Of a stretch of DNA of 64,000 nt, positions 19,904 to 33,059 are shown piece after piece. Below the pieces are notes generated by a model. That model searched no databases. It was not told the DNA's origin and saw nothing but the letters and a program-made list of their open reading frames with translations. Positions within the stretch are counted from its first letter, which is position 1, and each line of letters starts with the position of its first letter. The position numbers and the translations under genes are program-made. Origin of the DNA: Trichinella spiralis (Eukaryota); the NCBI RefSeq assembly GCF_000181795.1, contig NW_003526948.1, positions 512,809 through 576,808 on the forward strand, given 5' to 3'.

Positions 19904-22900
19904 TAACTTAATGATATTTATTTGATTTTTTATGTTGTACATTTGAAGAAAATAGTAACACTTTCATGAAAATCCAGTGATTTCGAGTTAGAACGTTGTT
20001 TCAGAGAATTTGAATAAAAATTTCAACATTTGTTCTCGACGTTGACGGACGCAAAAAATAATTTTCATAAATCAGGACTTCTACAATCAAGTGTATAATA
20101 AACAGATCAATTCAAAATAAAAGTAGTGAAAATATTAAACGAATTTAATATCTATATAATGTTATGCTCGAATAAACACGTGAAAAACAGCAGAATCATT
20201 TAAAATTGAAGTTTTTTCTTTACAAAAAATTGCTCTGTATTACTGTAGAAAACTGATATTTATCCTACGGTATTTGTATATGGTTTTTTTATTTATTTTT
20301 AATAATTGTTTTTTGAAACAAAGTTATTTAAAGAACTGTATTCCATTTTTTAATACAATTCATGATGGAATATTTTGCATTACTGTATGTTTTTTTGTGA
20401 TTTTATTATTGTTGAATGTGTGCAAACTTATTGAAAAAGAAGAGCAAAAATTTGATTGAATGAACAAAAATTATTTTTGATAAGTAATATATTTTGGCCT
20501 CACTGACGTATTTTATTTAAGCAACAAGAGAATGCAATGCTGAAATGCGGAATGAAAACGAAAATGAAAGCGTAACTTGTCGGCTTTGAGCAAAAGGCGG
20601 TTAGCAAATTTGGCGAACGCACACAAACGCCTCCTCTGCAAGCAACGTAAAGCGTGCAAACAGTACAGCTTGTTAGCTGCGTACAGTGTTCAATCAGCAA
20701 CTGAATAATGAAAGCTTGCTGCTTTTCTTTGATCTTACCGCTGGGTAATTTTAAAAATCTCATTTTCATTGTCAGCGGGGTGCAAACAACCCTCGTTCGC
20801 ATTTCAATGGCATTTGACGAACAAACGTTGAAGATTTGATTTAAAATCCGTTCTATACTAATTCCCATTGTCCTAGCAGAGTTTGTTACATTCATAATAA
20901 CGTAGATAATATAAGACAATAGCAGAACAGTTTTTAGTGAACAAGCTTAATAAAATCCCAGCAAACCGTGCTTCTATCAACTGTTTGTCAGCTCAGTCTA
21001 CTACTGTCACAGGTAAATAAACTGTAATTAATTCTTTGCATTGACGTGAACATTTGCATTTTGCACAAATTCCAGATATTCACTTTATCTTTCTCATGCA
21101 TGATTACTAATTTATTTATAGAACAAATAATTTATCTTAACGTCATCACATTTTTAATTTCAAATCTTACCATCATTTTTGTCATATTAGCGTTTGGAAA
21201 TGGGATTTCAATTTTGTGGATTTTGCTTCACAGGAAATGCATTCATTCACTTTCTCGAGCAAAATATTACCTTCAACAATCTTCTTACCGTTTTAATCAA
21301 ATTCTTCATAATCCATCATCAAAGTTTGCAACAATTTTTTTCTTGAAAGAATAAGAAAAAATGATATACTACATAATAAAAACTTTTAGCGCTATTCTCA
21401 TATTGTAAGCAAATAATAATTGTAAGTCTAATTATATATTTTTTAAAATTTAATGCTTTTTTGCTCATAAAATAAGCTCTCATTTTGTCTTCTATATGAA
21501 TACCGTCGAACAATAACAATATTAAGAATAATGATTTAATCTATAATCACTGTTCTAATTAAGATTAAGTTACAATCAGACGCAATTTAAGAATAACATA
21601 TTCAAAATACTATACTTATAAATTTAAATGATTTTAAGTTTAGTATTGTTAATGACGCTTATAATTTAATAACACTAATGAATAGTATGGATAATTACAC
21701 ATCACGAAATATTAATAACGTATAATAATTATCATTGCTTATGGAGAAGATTATGGTTGATATGTAAAAATATGTGGAGAACAAATAAAAGCATGACAAC
21801 AAGAAATTGAGTAATAACAATTTCACATCAACTCAAACATAGATACACTGGGAAACAGTTTATGCCGACAGTAATTTGCAATTTTGATATACAAAAAAGC
21901 GATGAAATTTCATAGTTATTTTCAATGGAATAAATTAAAAACAATATTACATGTATTCTCCATTTTATTCATAAGTACGCTATCTTCGAAATGATAATAA
22001 TTTAAAACAAAAATAATTGAACATTTTAATTAATTCATGTAATTTTATTTAAATAATACTGCTGAAGTTTATAAAATTAGCTGGTTATATGTGTATAAAC
22101 AGAGAATATTTAGTGCTAATCTTGAACAAGCAAAATCACTATAGATAAAATCGTTGATTAAAGAATTCAGTATTGTTTTAATTTTAGCATATATAATAAC
22201 AGTATAACACAATAATAATAACAATCTCTTGTTAACTTCAACACATTTGACTTTTTCATCATCATTTAACTCACTTTGAAATTGACAGAAAAGATGTTGC
22301 CGAAAAGCAGTACTTATCGTTGAAACATAATTCAAACCTTCAGGGCGGCATTTTTAAAGACTAAAAAGTAGATATGTAAAGTTTAAATTTTACTTATTTT
22401 TCCATTTATACAACATAATTTTTAAATATTTTGGATGCATTATCATATAATAAATACTACCTTTTATGATTCTATCAAAAATAGACAGACATTCTGCTGA
22501 TAAGAACACATTTGCATTATGCTTATTACGTGTACATTGTGAATATAATCTACAGTATGACTATGTGATAATCAGAAAGAAAACAGAATTGCACGAATGG
22601 ATATGCAAAATTAGAGTTGTATTAAAATTTAATTTAAACAAAAAATACTTAAATTGAAGTTTATTTCAAAATTTAATTCTTATTTATTTGCATTTTATTA
22701 GATATCTGCTTGCTAAAGAAATTTACTTTTAATAATAGAAACGAACTATGCTGCATAATTCATATCGTTAAATTGGAAAAATTTTACATTTTTCTATATT
22801 TTTTTCAAATTTAAAGTTTTTAATAAATTCGTCATAAACCAAAGTAAGGATGTGCTGGGATGAAAAAACATTACATTCGTTGAATACGCCAAACGTTACC

Positions 22901-25900
22901 GTGCTTCATTTATTAAGATCTTGAAAATAAACATTTTGTAAATTTAAAAGAGCAATCAGAAACTGAATTTTTTACAATAAATCATTCGTTAAACTCACAG
23001 ACAAATAGTTGAACAAATAGTTTGGAAAGAGAATAAAAAAGAAATGTTCGTGGAATTTTATCAGATATTTATTTTTTTTAGATGTGCAAGCAAAAGTATC
23101 TCTGTGGATATATTTGAAAAATTAAAAAGTTAGAGAAATTTGCCTTGAAGTATTTATTGTTTTCCAAAATGCTTTGGAAAGAATTGATAAATTTCTGCAA
23201 TGTCATCTTTAAGAAAATATTCTGAAATTAGACAACCAATGCAAAAATGACATTGTAATGCGCTAGGGTTTTCTGAAAGGCAGTTTATGAAATTGTTAAT
23301 TGCATTTCGTGAAATTGCACCTTATGCAAAAATATTTTCAAACTAAAGTATAGTATTTAAAAAATTGAAATATTTTTACACATTTTCATACGGACTATAT
23401 ACAGAAAAATGGTATTGCCATGTCAGTGCATTGTTGTGAAGCTTGAACAGTTTGGCCATTGACCATATTTGCGAGTAAAATTCTGCTAAAATGATAAATC
23501 CATTTTATACAAAAAGCATCAACAGCACTATTGTAAACAAATCAAATTGAAATTTGGGCGTGACTTGAAATATGGCAATTTTGAAAAAGTTTCTCAAAGA
23601 TTCCAATGTAGTATTTGGAAAATGTCAAAATGCGAAATGAAGAAAACAAATTTCATTTCATATAATACCTTTATTTAAAAAAAATGGTATTTGATATAGC
23701 AGAATGAAACAGTTACAATAATTTTTCAGACTTGGTCAAACATATCTGAGATGTTTTCAAGCAATTAAAATCTTGCATGGAATTCAGTAACAAAATTAAG
23801 CCTATTGTTTGAGTGCGTGTTTAAGAAGGCGTAGCTTGTTAGTTGGTAGAATTTTTGTATCTTGAATTTTATAATTTCCTTTTAAACTTAAATTAAATGT
23901 TTGTCCGCTCTATTCGGCATTTCCTTTTTAAAAACAAAATGTTCTCATTAACAACACGCCTACTGTTTGCGCAAAACACGCCGCTCCGCGGCAAAATGCA
24001 GTGTAAACCGACGTCTAGATTATTATTTACTTGCTGGTCACCGGCAGCTCATTTTTATTCGTTTTGCTTCGGAAAGGCATACTGTCTGCGTCAAACCTTT
24101 CATTTCCGTTTCTATCAAAAATTTATTTCATCATTATTCTCAAAAGCAATGTCGAATTCGAAACAAGAAGAAAAAGCAAAAGTGAATCAATCTCAGGATG
24201 AACTATGCGTCAAGGTAACTTCACGGATATTATAATTTTTTGCCAACTAAAGTTGAAAAGTATATTGTCTGATGCTTGACGAAAAAATTATCATCATTTA
24301 TTACTAAGTGATGCACTTGACATTTATTACATCTTTTTAATTATACAATGCTTACAATTTAGATGTATTTCTTGTACAAACTTTATGTTTCAAGCAAAAC
24401 TGATGCACAAATGACGTTGTTGTAAGGTGCGATTTTTTGCATAAAAATTATTTGAATTGAGCAACTTTTTTTAACTGATAAACATTCATTTAAAATTAAA
24501 AGAGCATTTCTTTTCTACGTGTGATATCCATGCAAATTTTTCAACGTGAAACAAAAAGATATTTTAAAATCGAATACAGTGCAATATATGCTATGCAATA
24601 ATGCACACAAGCGATTAGGTAGACAAAAGTAGAGAATCTTCAATTCACATTGATCGTGATTAGATGCACAGTTATCGAATGTTTGTCTTGCGTTGGTAGT
24701 TTTTTATGAAAATAATGGGAAAATATTTATTTAAAATAGAATAATGGTGAATGTTCAAATGTGATATTCTGAAAAAGAATGCAACTTCTAAAGTTGCATT
24801 GATATGTATAAAATTCAATTATTCAGACTTAAAATTCATGATAATGAACAAAGGTTTTAGAACTTTTTTATGTTGCATCTGTGGTTCACTAGTGCGTCCA
24901 TTGTTAAATGAAAAATGTATGCTTAAAGAGATATGAATTGAACCTATTTTAACATGGTTTGAGAAAAAGGTTTTTTTACGAAAAGCAAATTTCAACAAAA
25001 CGTAGCTTTTAATAGTGTAATTATTTTCTCTTTTTAAAATGGTAAATTTATTTGAAGAATTTATTTTCTTTAACATGAAAAAAATTATGCAAATAACTCT
25101 TAAATGCGTATGGAAAGATTTTGCTTTATCTATTTCTATTCCCACTTGCAAATTTGCATTTTATTTACAAAGCACTATTATTTGCTTCTTTACTAAAAAA
25201 GACATGCATTTTTATTTAAAACTTATTTTAAATAATGTACATATTGTAAATTATTTACGGCATATGCATTTGAACAAAAACAACCGTGCAATGAATTGGT
25301 TCAGTGCCATTTGTTTATTCGTGAAATTTACATTTGATTAGAAATATCTGACATTCAAGCAAGAAACTATTTAAAAAATTTAATTAATTTACTTAACGTA
25401 TATAATAAAAACTAGCATCAATTGAGTGTAAATCTTCAATGTAGAGTTAAAATATGATTAAAAATTGTCATACCTGATGATTCAAGATTTCAATTTTGGC
25501 ATGAAATGCATCCATCGATTAGCTCGGTCATTATTTTATGTGTTAGATTGATTGGTTTATGTCTGTTTTTTGTCACCATTTCCACTATCTGCATGGCAAA
25601 TATCAACAACGTAAAACATCCTTTAATTTGTCAAATCTCTTAAGGTGCGACAGGGCTCTATTACAACTTATCATACAATGATTTTCAGATGAACACATGT
25701 CTGAAGCGGCGAATGATCAAAACCTTTCTTTTGGAAGAGCATTTTATTATTTCTTTTTTCTTTCTACATTTTATACGTATTTCAGCTGCTGCAATGTCAT
25801 CGACACATAGCGTTTTAAAAAGCTTGCGGTTTTATCATAAAATAACAACTTAAAATATGTTTTGAAAAAATAGCATTACTATTAATTTCAGAGTAAAAAT

Positions 25901-28900
25901 GCTGCTGCCTACAAACAAATATGCGAAAAACTGAAATGCGTGTTACAATACTTTTATCAGCAAATAACTGGCAAAATGTTTCTAACTTCATCAAATTGTC
26001 TGTTGTTAAATCTCAGACATTTTATCATTGTTTACCACAGCACTTTATTTTCCTTTAGATAGCTTTCTGTAGTTTATGCTTTTCCGATAGCATTTGTGAA
26101 TGCTTTTAATTAAAATTTGAGAAATGCCCTATATTGTATTATTAAAATCTATTATTACAGCATTTAGTTTCTTAAAATGCCCTGCATTAATTGCCGTGTA
26201 CCATGTATTATCATAATTCTTAAATTTTAAAAGTATTTACAGCAATGGATTGCACAATGTACAGAAAGCAGCGGCAATAGAGTACTTATAAATGTGAGGA
26301 TTTCTTGTTTGATATTGAAAAAAAATGACTTGCTTGAACTAAAGCATAAAACGTAATGCAGAGTTCTCGCGTTAATTTTTTCCGTTTAGGTTTTATTTCA
26401 TAATATCCAATAGAGAGATTTATTTCTTGTTTTTTCTATGCAGACAACCCAGACCTTTCCCATGACAAAATATCATCTGATAATGGTGGTTATTTATTTT
26501 TTTTCTGTTAACAGTAATAAACAAACTGTAGTTATGTTTAAAAATTTGTAACAATAACAATTTTTTGATATTGTATATTTGTGAAAAAAATTGTGTGACG
26601 ATTTGTACAAATTTTAACAATACCAGCGTCAGATTGTAAGGCAGTCACAACTGCTGATTGATTACCGCTGTATAAGCAGTGAACAAAAGTCTAGGTTGAA
26701 TGATATTATTTCTCTACGTAAATCATGTTTGTCGCACTGGAAAAGCACGTCAAACTTGACAATTTGACACCGCCTTGATGACCTGACTCATCGATGAGAA
26801 GGTTTGCCTTGTCTATTTTCGCTACGATGCCATTCTGCAACTGCCTCAGGTGACTGTAGAAAAAGTACTGTAATTTTTCCTGACCAAGACAGTTTGGCTA
26901 TTATTTTGGCTCTTTCCAGATCAGCTGAAACTAGAACTAACATTTATCTTGCCCCACCTTTATTGAAATGTCCTACTTCATACAAGCTCTGTTTGTTATT
27001 ACCTTAAATTTGAAGTTTTTTGGTTTATTTAAATATCAAAACAACATTCAGCCAGCAGTTATCAAAGCAGTAAATATATTTTGCTAATCTTAAAACATGG
27101 AATATTAGTATTAGTTTGTCTTAAAATGAAAAATCAACGTAATGTAGCTTCAAGTATATTTCTTGCTAAATGCTACTGAAAACAAGTCAAGCTTAGTCTT
27201 TTGCACCCCAAAGATTATTAAGTTCTTAAACTTGCTATGACTACCGGGAATACGCAATGTTTGCACATAGGATTCCAGCTTAAAGTGTCCGACATTCCAC
27301 GGATAATTTCAGCAAGTAGAAGCTGACAAGTGGTCGAAACTTAATGTGATGAAACTTCTAAGGACGGAGCAGTCCATAGCTGCAGTACCTCCCACAATAT
27401 TATGTTCATTTTATCAAGGCATATTATTTACAAAGTAAACAATAAGTTTTAATTACATAAGCGCTCAGAAACAAATGTAAGATATTAAATGTAATAATCA
27501 TAAGCTACAGATTTTCAAAACTTGAAATTATGCATTATAAACTCATTTTCTTTATTTATAGGTGGTGATTACTTATATTTATTTTATATGTAGTTCATAA
27601 TACATAAAAATATTGCAACAACATTATACAATGCAAAATCTTGAACGCTATTTTAATTGCTGAAAAAATGATGTAAAACTACTTGTTCTAAAAGTAAACT
27701 GTTTTGTAATTTTAACAAAAATTTTTCATAAGTATCTGTTCAAATGTGCCATGATTTTAATCTTATTAATGGTTAAATTTCCTTCATAATGACATTGTTA
27801 CGGAAATGCAAATGCATGCACTACTTAAAACTGTAAACCAGTCTTTTCTTGCTGCATTAATTAAAACTGTTTATTTTTATGAACAGAATAACGTTACTTC
27901 CATTTTAAAATTGTGCATTAAACGCTTTTAAGTTTTGTGGCTTTTTTCTTAAATGCTCCATTACTAAAGATTCAGTAAAATCAAAATTGAATTGGAAATC
28001 TTAGTCATTGATGACATAATAAATGAACATACACATTACATGTATTACAGGAAGTATATAAAGATGCATATTAAAAACTTTGTGATTTTGTTAAAGTTCA
28101 GTATTGTTAATGATGCTTCTAGCTGCTGAGGATGAGCATCTCGTTTTCCGTTTTAAAAGCAATCCTCCATTACCAACGTAATATACTTGTCATAATTAAA
28201 CTGAAAATGTTTTTGAAAATGCAACGTATAACTTTAAACTTGCAATTTTTGTTTTTAATAACAATTGTATTTGTAATTAATTATAAAAGTGGAAATATTT
28301 AATAATGGATAAGTTAGAGCAAAACAATGTAATATTACGGGAAAAAAGCAAACTTGGTAAAATGAGTAAAATTAGAACACGCATGAATCACAAAATTCAA
28401 GGTCAGCAATATTGAAATCTACAAAGCAATAATGATTCATTTCACGGCAATAAATGCACTTCCAGATTAATTTAAATTTATATTTTGTAAAATTTCAAAA
28501 TTTCACTACAAGTTTTAAAGATTAATATTTACTGCACATTCCGGTAGTGGTTGGCTAAGCATTTTTGCAACTTTATTTTAACTAGCATGAAATCTGAAAA
28601 TAATAAGCGATCTGTTTTTGAAAAAAGTGATCAGAAGTACCAATCAATCAAATGTAACATTTTCTGACTCTGATTTCATTTTAGCTTTTGCTGTTTTACA
28701 ATTGCTGAACTCTGCTAAACATTTTGCTATTTTGCACAAACAGCAGTTTGCAACAAAACGCCTATTATTTTAAGAATTGCACATTTTTATTGATTGATGA
28801 AAGAATGTTTTTAATACTTAAATTATTAAATAATTATTACATCAAAAAATGAAAATCATTTTATGCTTACCAGAATGAATGAAATGCAAAAGATGTCCAT

Positions 28901-30999
28901 TATAATGGAATATTAAAATGTTGTGTTTACACATTTTCATCACATAAAGTGAATGAAAAATCAGTTGAATATAAATTAGGTTATCATAGTAACGATATAA
29001 TCATAAATTTTATTAAAGTCATTATACTAAAAAAATTTGCATATGATGTGCACTGAATTCTGTTTTACGAAATTGTGAACATGTGCAAGTGGTATTTTGC
29101 ATTGCATTCTTTAGAAATTGATAAAAAATAACACGGAACATAGCTATTCAAACATGTGAATAAAAGCAGATGATGAAAAAATATCAAAAATTTGTAAACG
29201 CCTTTCCTTTTATCATTGCCATCAAGGGCAAATATTACAGTATGCTTTAGTAAAAGCACTGTCGAACAGTGTCTTTGGAAGGAATAATAACGCACTTTTT
29301 TATTTGAAATTTTAGTCATTTGTTATAATAAAAACTTGAAATTGCGCAATACATTTTGTCATTGCCAGTTTTTGTCATTCATAAGCTTTACTTTTGTATA
29401 AGATGTATTGTTTTTAAATAATATTTGTTCTTGCTTACAGTTGAATATTTCCCATTAATAATTATCAAGAATGTGATAAAATAAAAAAACAAAGAAGGGA
29501 ATGCATATAGTTTGCTTTTCACTGCAGCTAATTTTTTGAAATAGAAAATTAAATATTACTTTAGAGCTTTATTCATGCGTCGCATACATATTACGTTCAA
29601 TTCGAGTTATTTTGGTTACAAAATATTTCTTTTTCCGTGAAATGCATAGAAGATGTTTCATCGTCATTTGAAATATTGACTAATAAAATATTTTGATTGA
29701 CACTGCTATGTACTTTGAAACAAAGATTTGTATGCACGCGTAGAGAAGCAGAAGCGATTTGTAAAAACTGACTGATTTATTAGCCAGCTTTTTACTTTTT
29801 TACATCATCGTGCATATTTTTATTTTCTGTTTTTGTGACTAGTAGAGCAATTCTTGAACTATATGGTAATGTTTATAGTTTCATATCTTCATTTTTCACT
29901 GTTTCCAATGATAACACTTTTTTTTGTAATTTGTTTTCAGACTTTGAAAATTAATTTCAGATTAGTAAAATTAACACATTCAAATGATGAAATATTTATT
30001 GCAATCACAGTAGGCAAGTAAAAGAAAAAAATTTAACAGTAACAGTTATAATTTTGCTTTGTTATCAAACGTATGATTGTAATTATTTCATTGATTGGTT
30101 GACGTTTATCATTTGTACAGTATTCAGTTATAACTTTAAAACGAAAAATCTAGAAGTATTTTATTTGTTGTAAAGCATGTTTAAGTTGTGATCAACAATA
30201 ATCGATTTCATCAATCCACTGCGTCTGTAATCACACTGGGCATTGTTTTCAATGTAATAACTATATAGAGCGAATTGTATTTAATTATAACATATGCTGT
30301 TGCACTATTTATTATTATTTGTAATGTGGAATTAACAGAAATATATTTTTATTTTATTCGATTGCGTGCCCCATTATAGATATTGATTTTGCTTTTGAAT
30401 GGAAAAAAACATAAAAGTGGCTGCTTGTTTTTCAGAAATATTCTCTTTATTTTATTCTTTCCGCTTAGCTTAAAAAGCTGGTGCACACTTTTGATGAGCG
30501 GCAAAAGTTCAAACGTTCAAAGGAATTGATACGCGCTAGCAATGCGCTTTAACATGAAAGAAATAATGCCGGCTTTGGCGTTGAGAGTGCGCCTCCCCGA
30601 CGTTCACATTTGTTGCTAGCTTATGTTTTCCAAAGAGCGCAGCTGTCGTATGTCTATTGGCAACGGTAATTTATCGTCGTCATCTGTGTATATGTGCGCG
30701 CGTGTGTGCATGTGTGGCTGTTTGTTGGCTGGTTGATTGTCCAAAAACAAGAAATTTGAAATCTAACCAATGTTATACATACATACATGCATATATATAT
30801 ATATATACGTGTATTAAATGTTGATGTAACATTTAATAGTTTCTTTTACCAGCAGTTGTTAGACAGTTTACAAATCAGAATATAATTCTTTTTATATAGT
30901 GTAGTATAGTATGATATAGTATAGTTTAGTTTAAGGAAAAAAATAAGGCCAGAAGGGTGGTTTATGGAATGAACAGAAAATTTGGCAAAATGACGCACG

Positions 31000-31620
31000 T
31001 CAGTCGTCAGTTGGACGACGCCGCTTAAACCCTGAGGGCAAATAAAAATCTAGGTAAAAGGACATGAGCATTGGCCGGCGGTCAGCCCGTGGCCAATTCA
31101 TACATAGCACACAATGCCAACTCGTTGGCGCGATAATGACGGCCCGTCGTACAACAACTGGTTGCGCCTGTTGGCCGTGTCAACAGGAGGCAGACCTGAT
31201 GTGGCGCAGCATCCTTTGATTGGTGCCGTCTCTCATCCATCATTGTCTTGTGTTGGTGACGTGCGAGACGATTAAGTTCGCCACCCCCGCCAGCCCACCG
31301 CTCAATGAGCACACCCACTTTCATTGCTAGGCCGCCTGGCACAAAAGCCGACGGCTATGCTTGGCCTCTCACAGATTAACCAGCTTGCAACTACAAAGCA
31401 ACGCCGCGACGTTTCTCATTGGTCAGCGCCACATCAAAGCATCATTTGCTCAATAGGGGTCGGCGGTCAACGACAAAGGATCGCCGCATTCAGTGGGTGG
31501 AGCAACGTTGCTGCTTGTCTACTATTATTTCGCTTTTTCTTCTCCTTCTTCTTTCTGCTTAGCGCTAGTTAGTTAGTCAGTCAGTCATTTCGAGTCAAAG
31601 CCGGCCGGTCGGTCGCTCGT
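31000..31620 (+). promoter_or_regulatory. GC/CpG-enriched proximal regulatory region of the Sp5-like gene
   Basis: Sharp GC rise against an AT-rich background. TCF-type sites CCTTTGAT (31213-31220) and ATCAAAG (31433-31439), a GC box CCCCGCC (~31285), CACCC (~31312) and several ATTGG/CCAAT motifs. Confidence 0.55.
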
Positions 31621-31997
31621 TTATTCAATTGCTTTCTCTCATTTTGCATTTAACTTGCGTTTACTTCTTTCTTTCTTTCTTGCTCTTGCTTTTGCTTTTG
31701 CTCTCTCACTCTCTCTCTCGCCTACTCTTCCATTTTTTCTTCCACATAAACGTACATCATCATTCATTTATTTTCTTTTCGTTATATTAGTAATATATAT
31801 ATGTATCATTTTATATTTATCGCATTTCTATTTCTTTCTGATTCTTTTTTCAATATTTAATATAATATATATGTATACATTATTTTTCTTTTTAATTTCA
31901 GTACGTTCTGCCGTATACTCAAAGTGATTGACCAAAAAACTTAAAAAAATTGTCGCGCATTTTTTCAAATCTTTTCCCTATCATCATTTTACGTGCT

Positions 31998-33059
31998 ATG
32001 ATGATGATGCTGAACCAGAAGACTGAGCATAGTGACATGGTAAGCAAAATCACAATTTAACGCGTTTTCTACAAACACACTACTACATCGTGCATGTGAA
32101 ATATTCATTCTCTCTTTCTCTTTCTCTCTCTTTGTATTCTGTTGTTATATCATATGTATTTTCATGATTCTTTTCCATTTTAGAAACTGACTGAAACAAA
32201 CAGCAAACCGTTATTCAGGCCGTGGTGCGGCGGCGAAAATGAGCCGACAAAATTAGAACCGTATTCACCACCGTTAATTAGCGGATGTCCAGCACCAGTT
32301 GAACCATGGCGTACACCATCATTGGCCAGTTATCCAACCAGTCCACTTTGTTCAACTGATCCAACGTTATTGTTTCGTCTATTTCCGGTTGCTGTAGCAG
32401 CTATGGGATTGCGACCCACGACTACTGCTTTGGGCAGCGGTGGTTATTCACCACCAGTCACTCTATTCAATCCAGTAACAAGCAAACAACCATATGAAAC
32501 TGATCTATCAGCAGCAACTGTAGTGACTGCCAGTACTGTACCTTGGACATCAGCCGCACCAGCCTTGTACAGTCCAATTGTTCAGCAACCTTATGCAGTC
32601 AGGTCCAGCAATGCATTTAGCACTAATGTGCCGTCGCAAATGAACAATGGTACCAACAACTTGACCGTTGTACCATCACCGAGTACACGAAAATGTCGCC
32701 GTTGTCAGTGTCCAAATTGTTTGAAATCTGAACCAACGGCTGATTCAAGCGGACGAAAAATGCACATTTGCTGCATACCAGGATGCGGAAAGTCATACGG
32801 CAAAACATCACATCTGAAAGCTCATCTTCGTTGGCATGCTGGTGAGAAACCGTTCGTCTGCAACTGGCTATTTTGTGGCAAACGTTTTACAAGAAGCGAC
32901 GAATTGCAACGTCATTTGCGTACTCACACAGGAGATAAGCGTTTTGCTTGTGCTCAGTGTGGAAAGCGATTTATGCGCAGTGACCATTTGAGCAAGCATT
33001 CACGCACTCACAGCGATGTACGACTTATTGGTAAATCGACAGCGGCCGAAGCGCATTAG
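31998..33059 (+). CDS. Sp5-like: Sp-family C2H2 zinc-finger transcription factor, Sp5/buttonhead-like; exons 31998-32039 and 32184-33059
   Basis: Btd box [11 protein letters not shown] and three Sp-type fingers ([37 protein letters not shown]). An N-terminal FRPW motif is gained by in-frame splicing of ATG exon 31998-32039 (GTAAGC donor) to the TTTTAG acceptor ending at 32183. Subfamily assignment is less certain than family. Confidence 0.9.

Noticed and set aside
20500..20919. 139-aa minus-strand ORF
   Set aside because: Non-ATG start, no recognisable domain and no clear exon context; probably a chance ORF over a GC-richer non-coding patch.
31655..31927. Very hydrophobic 90-aa ORF resembling a membrane protein
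   Set aside because: Artefact of pyrimidine-rich low-complexity sequence in the Sp5-like 5' region.
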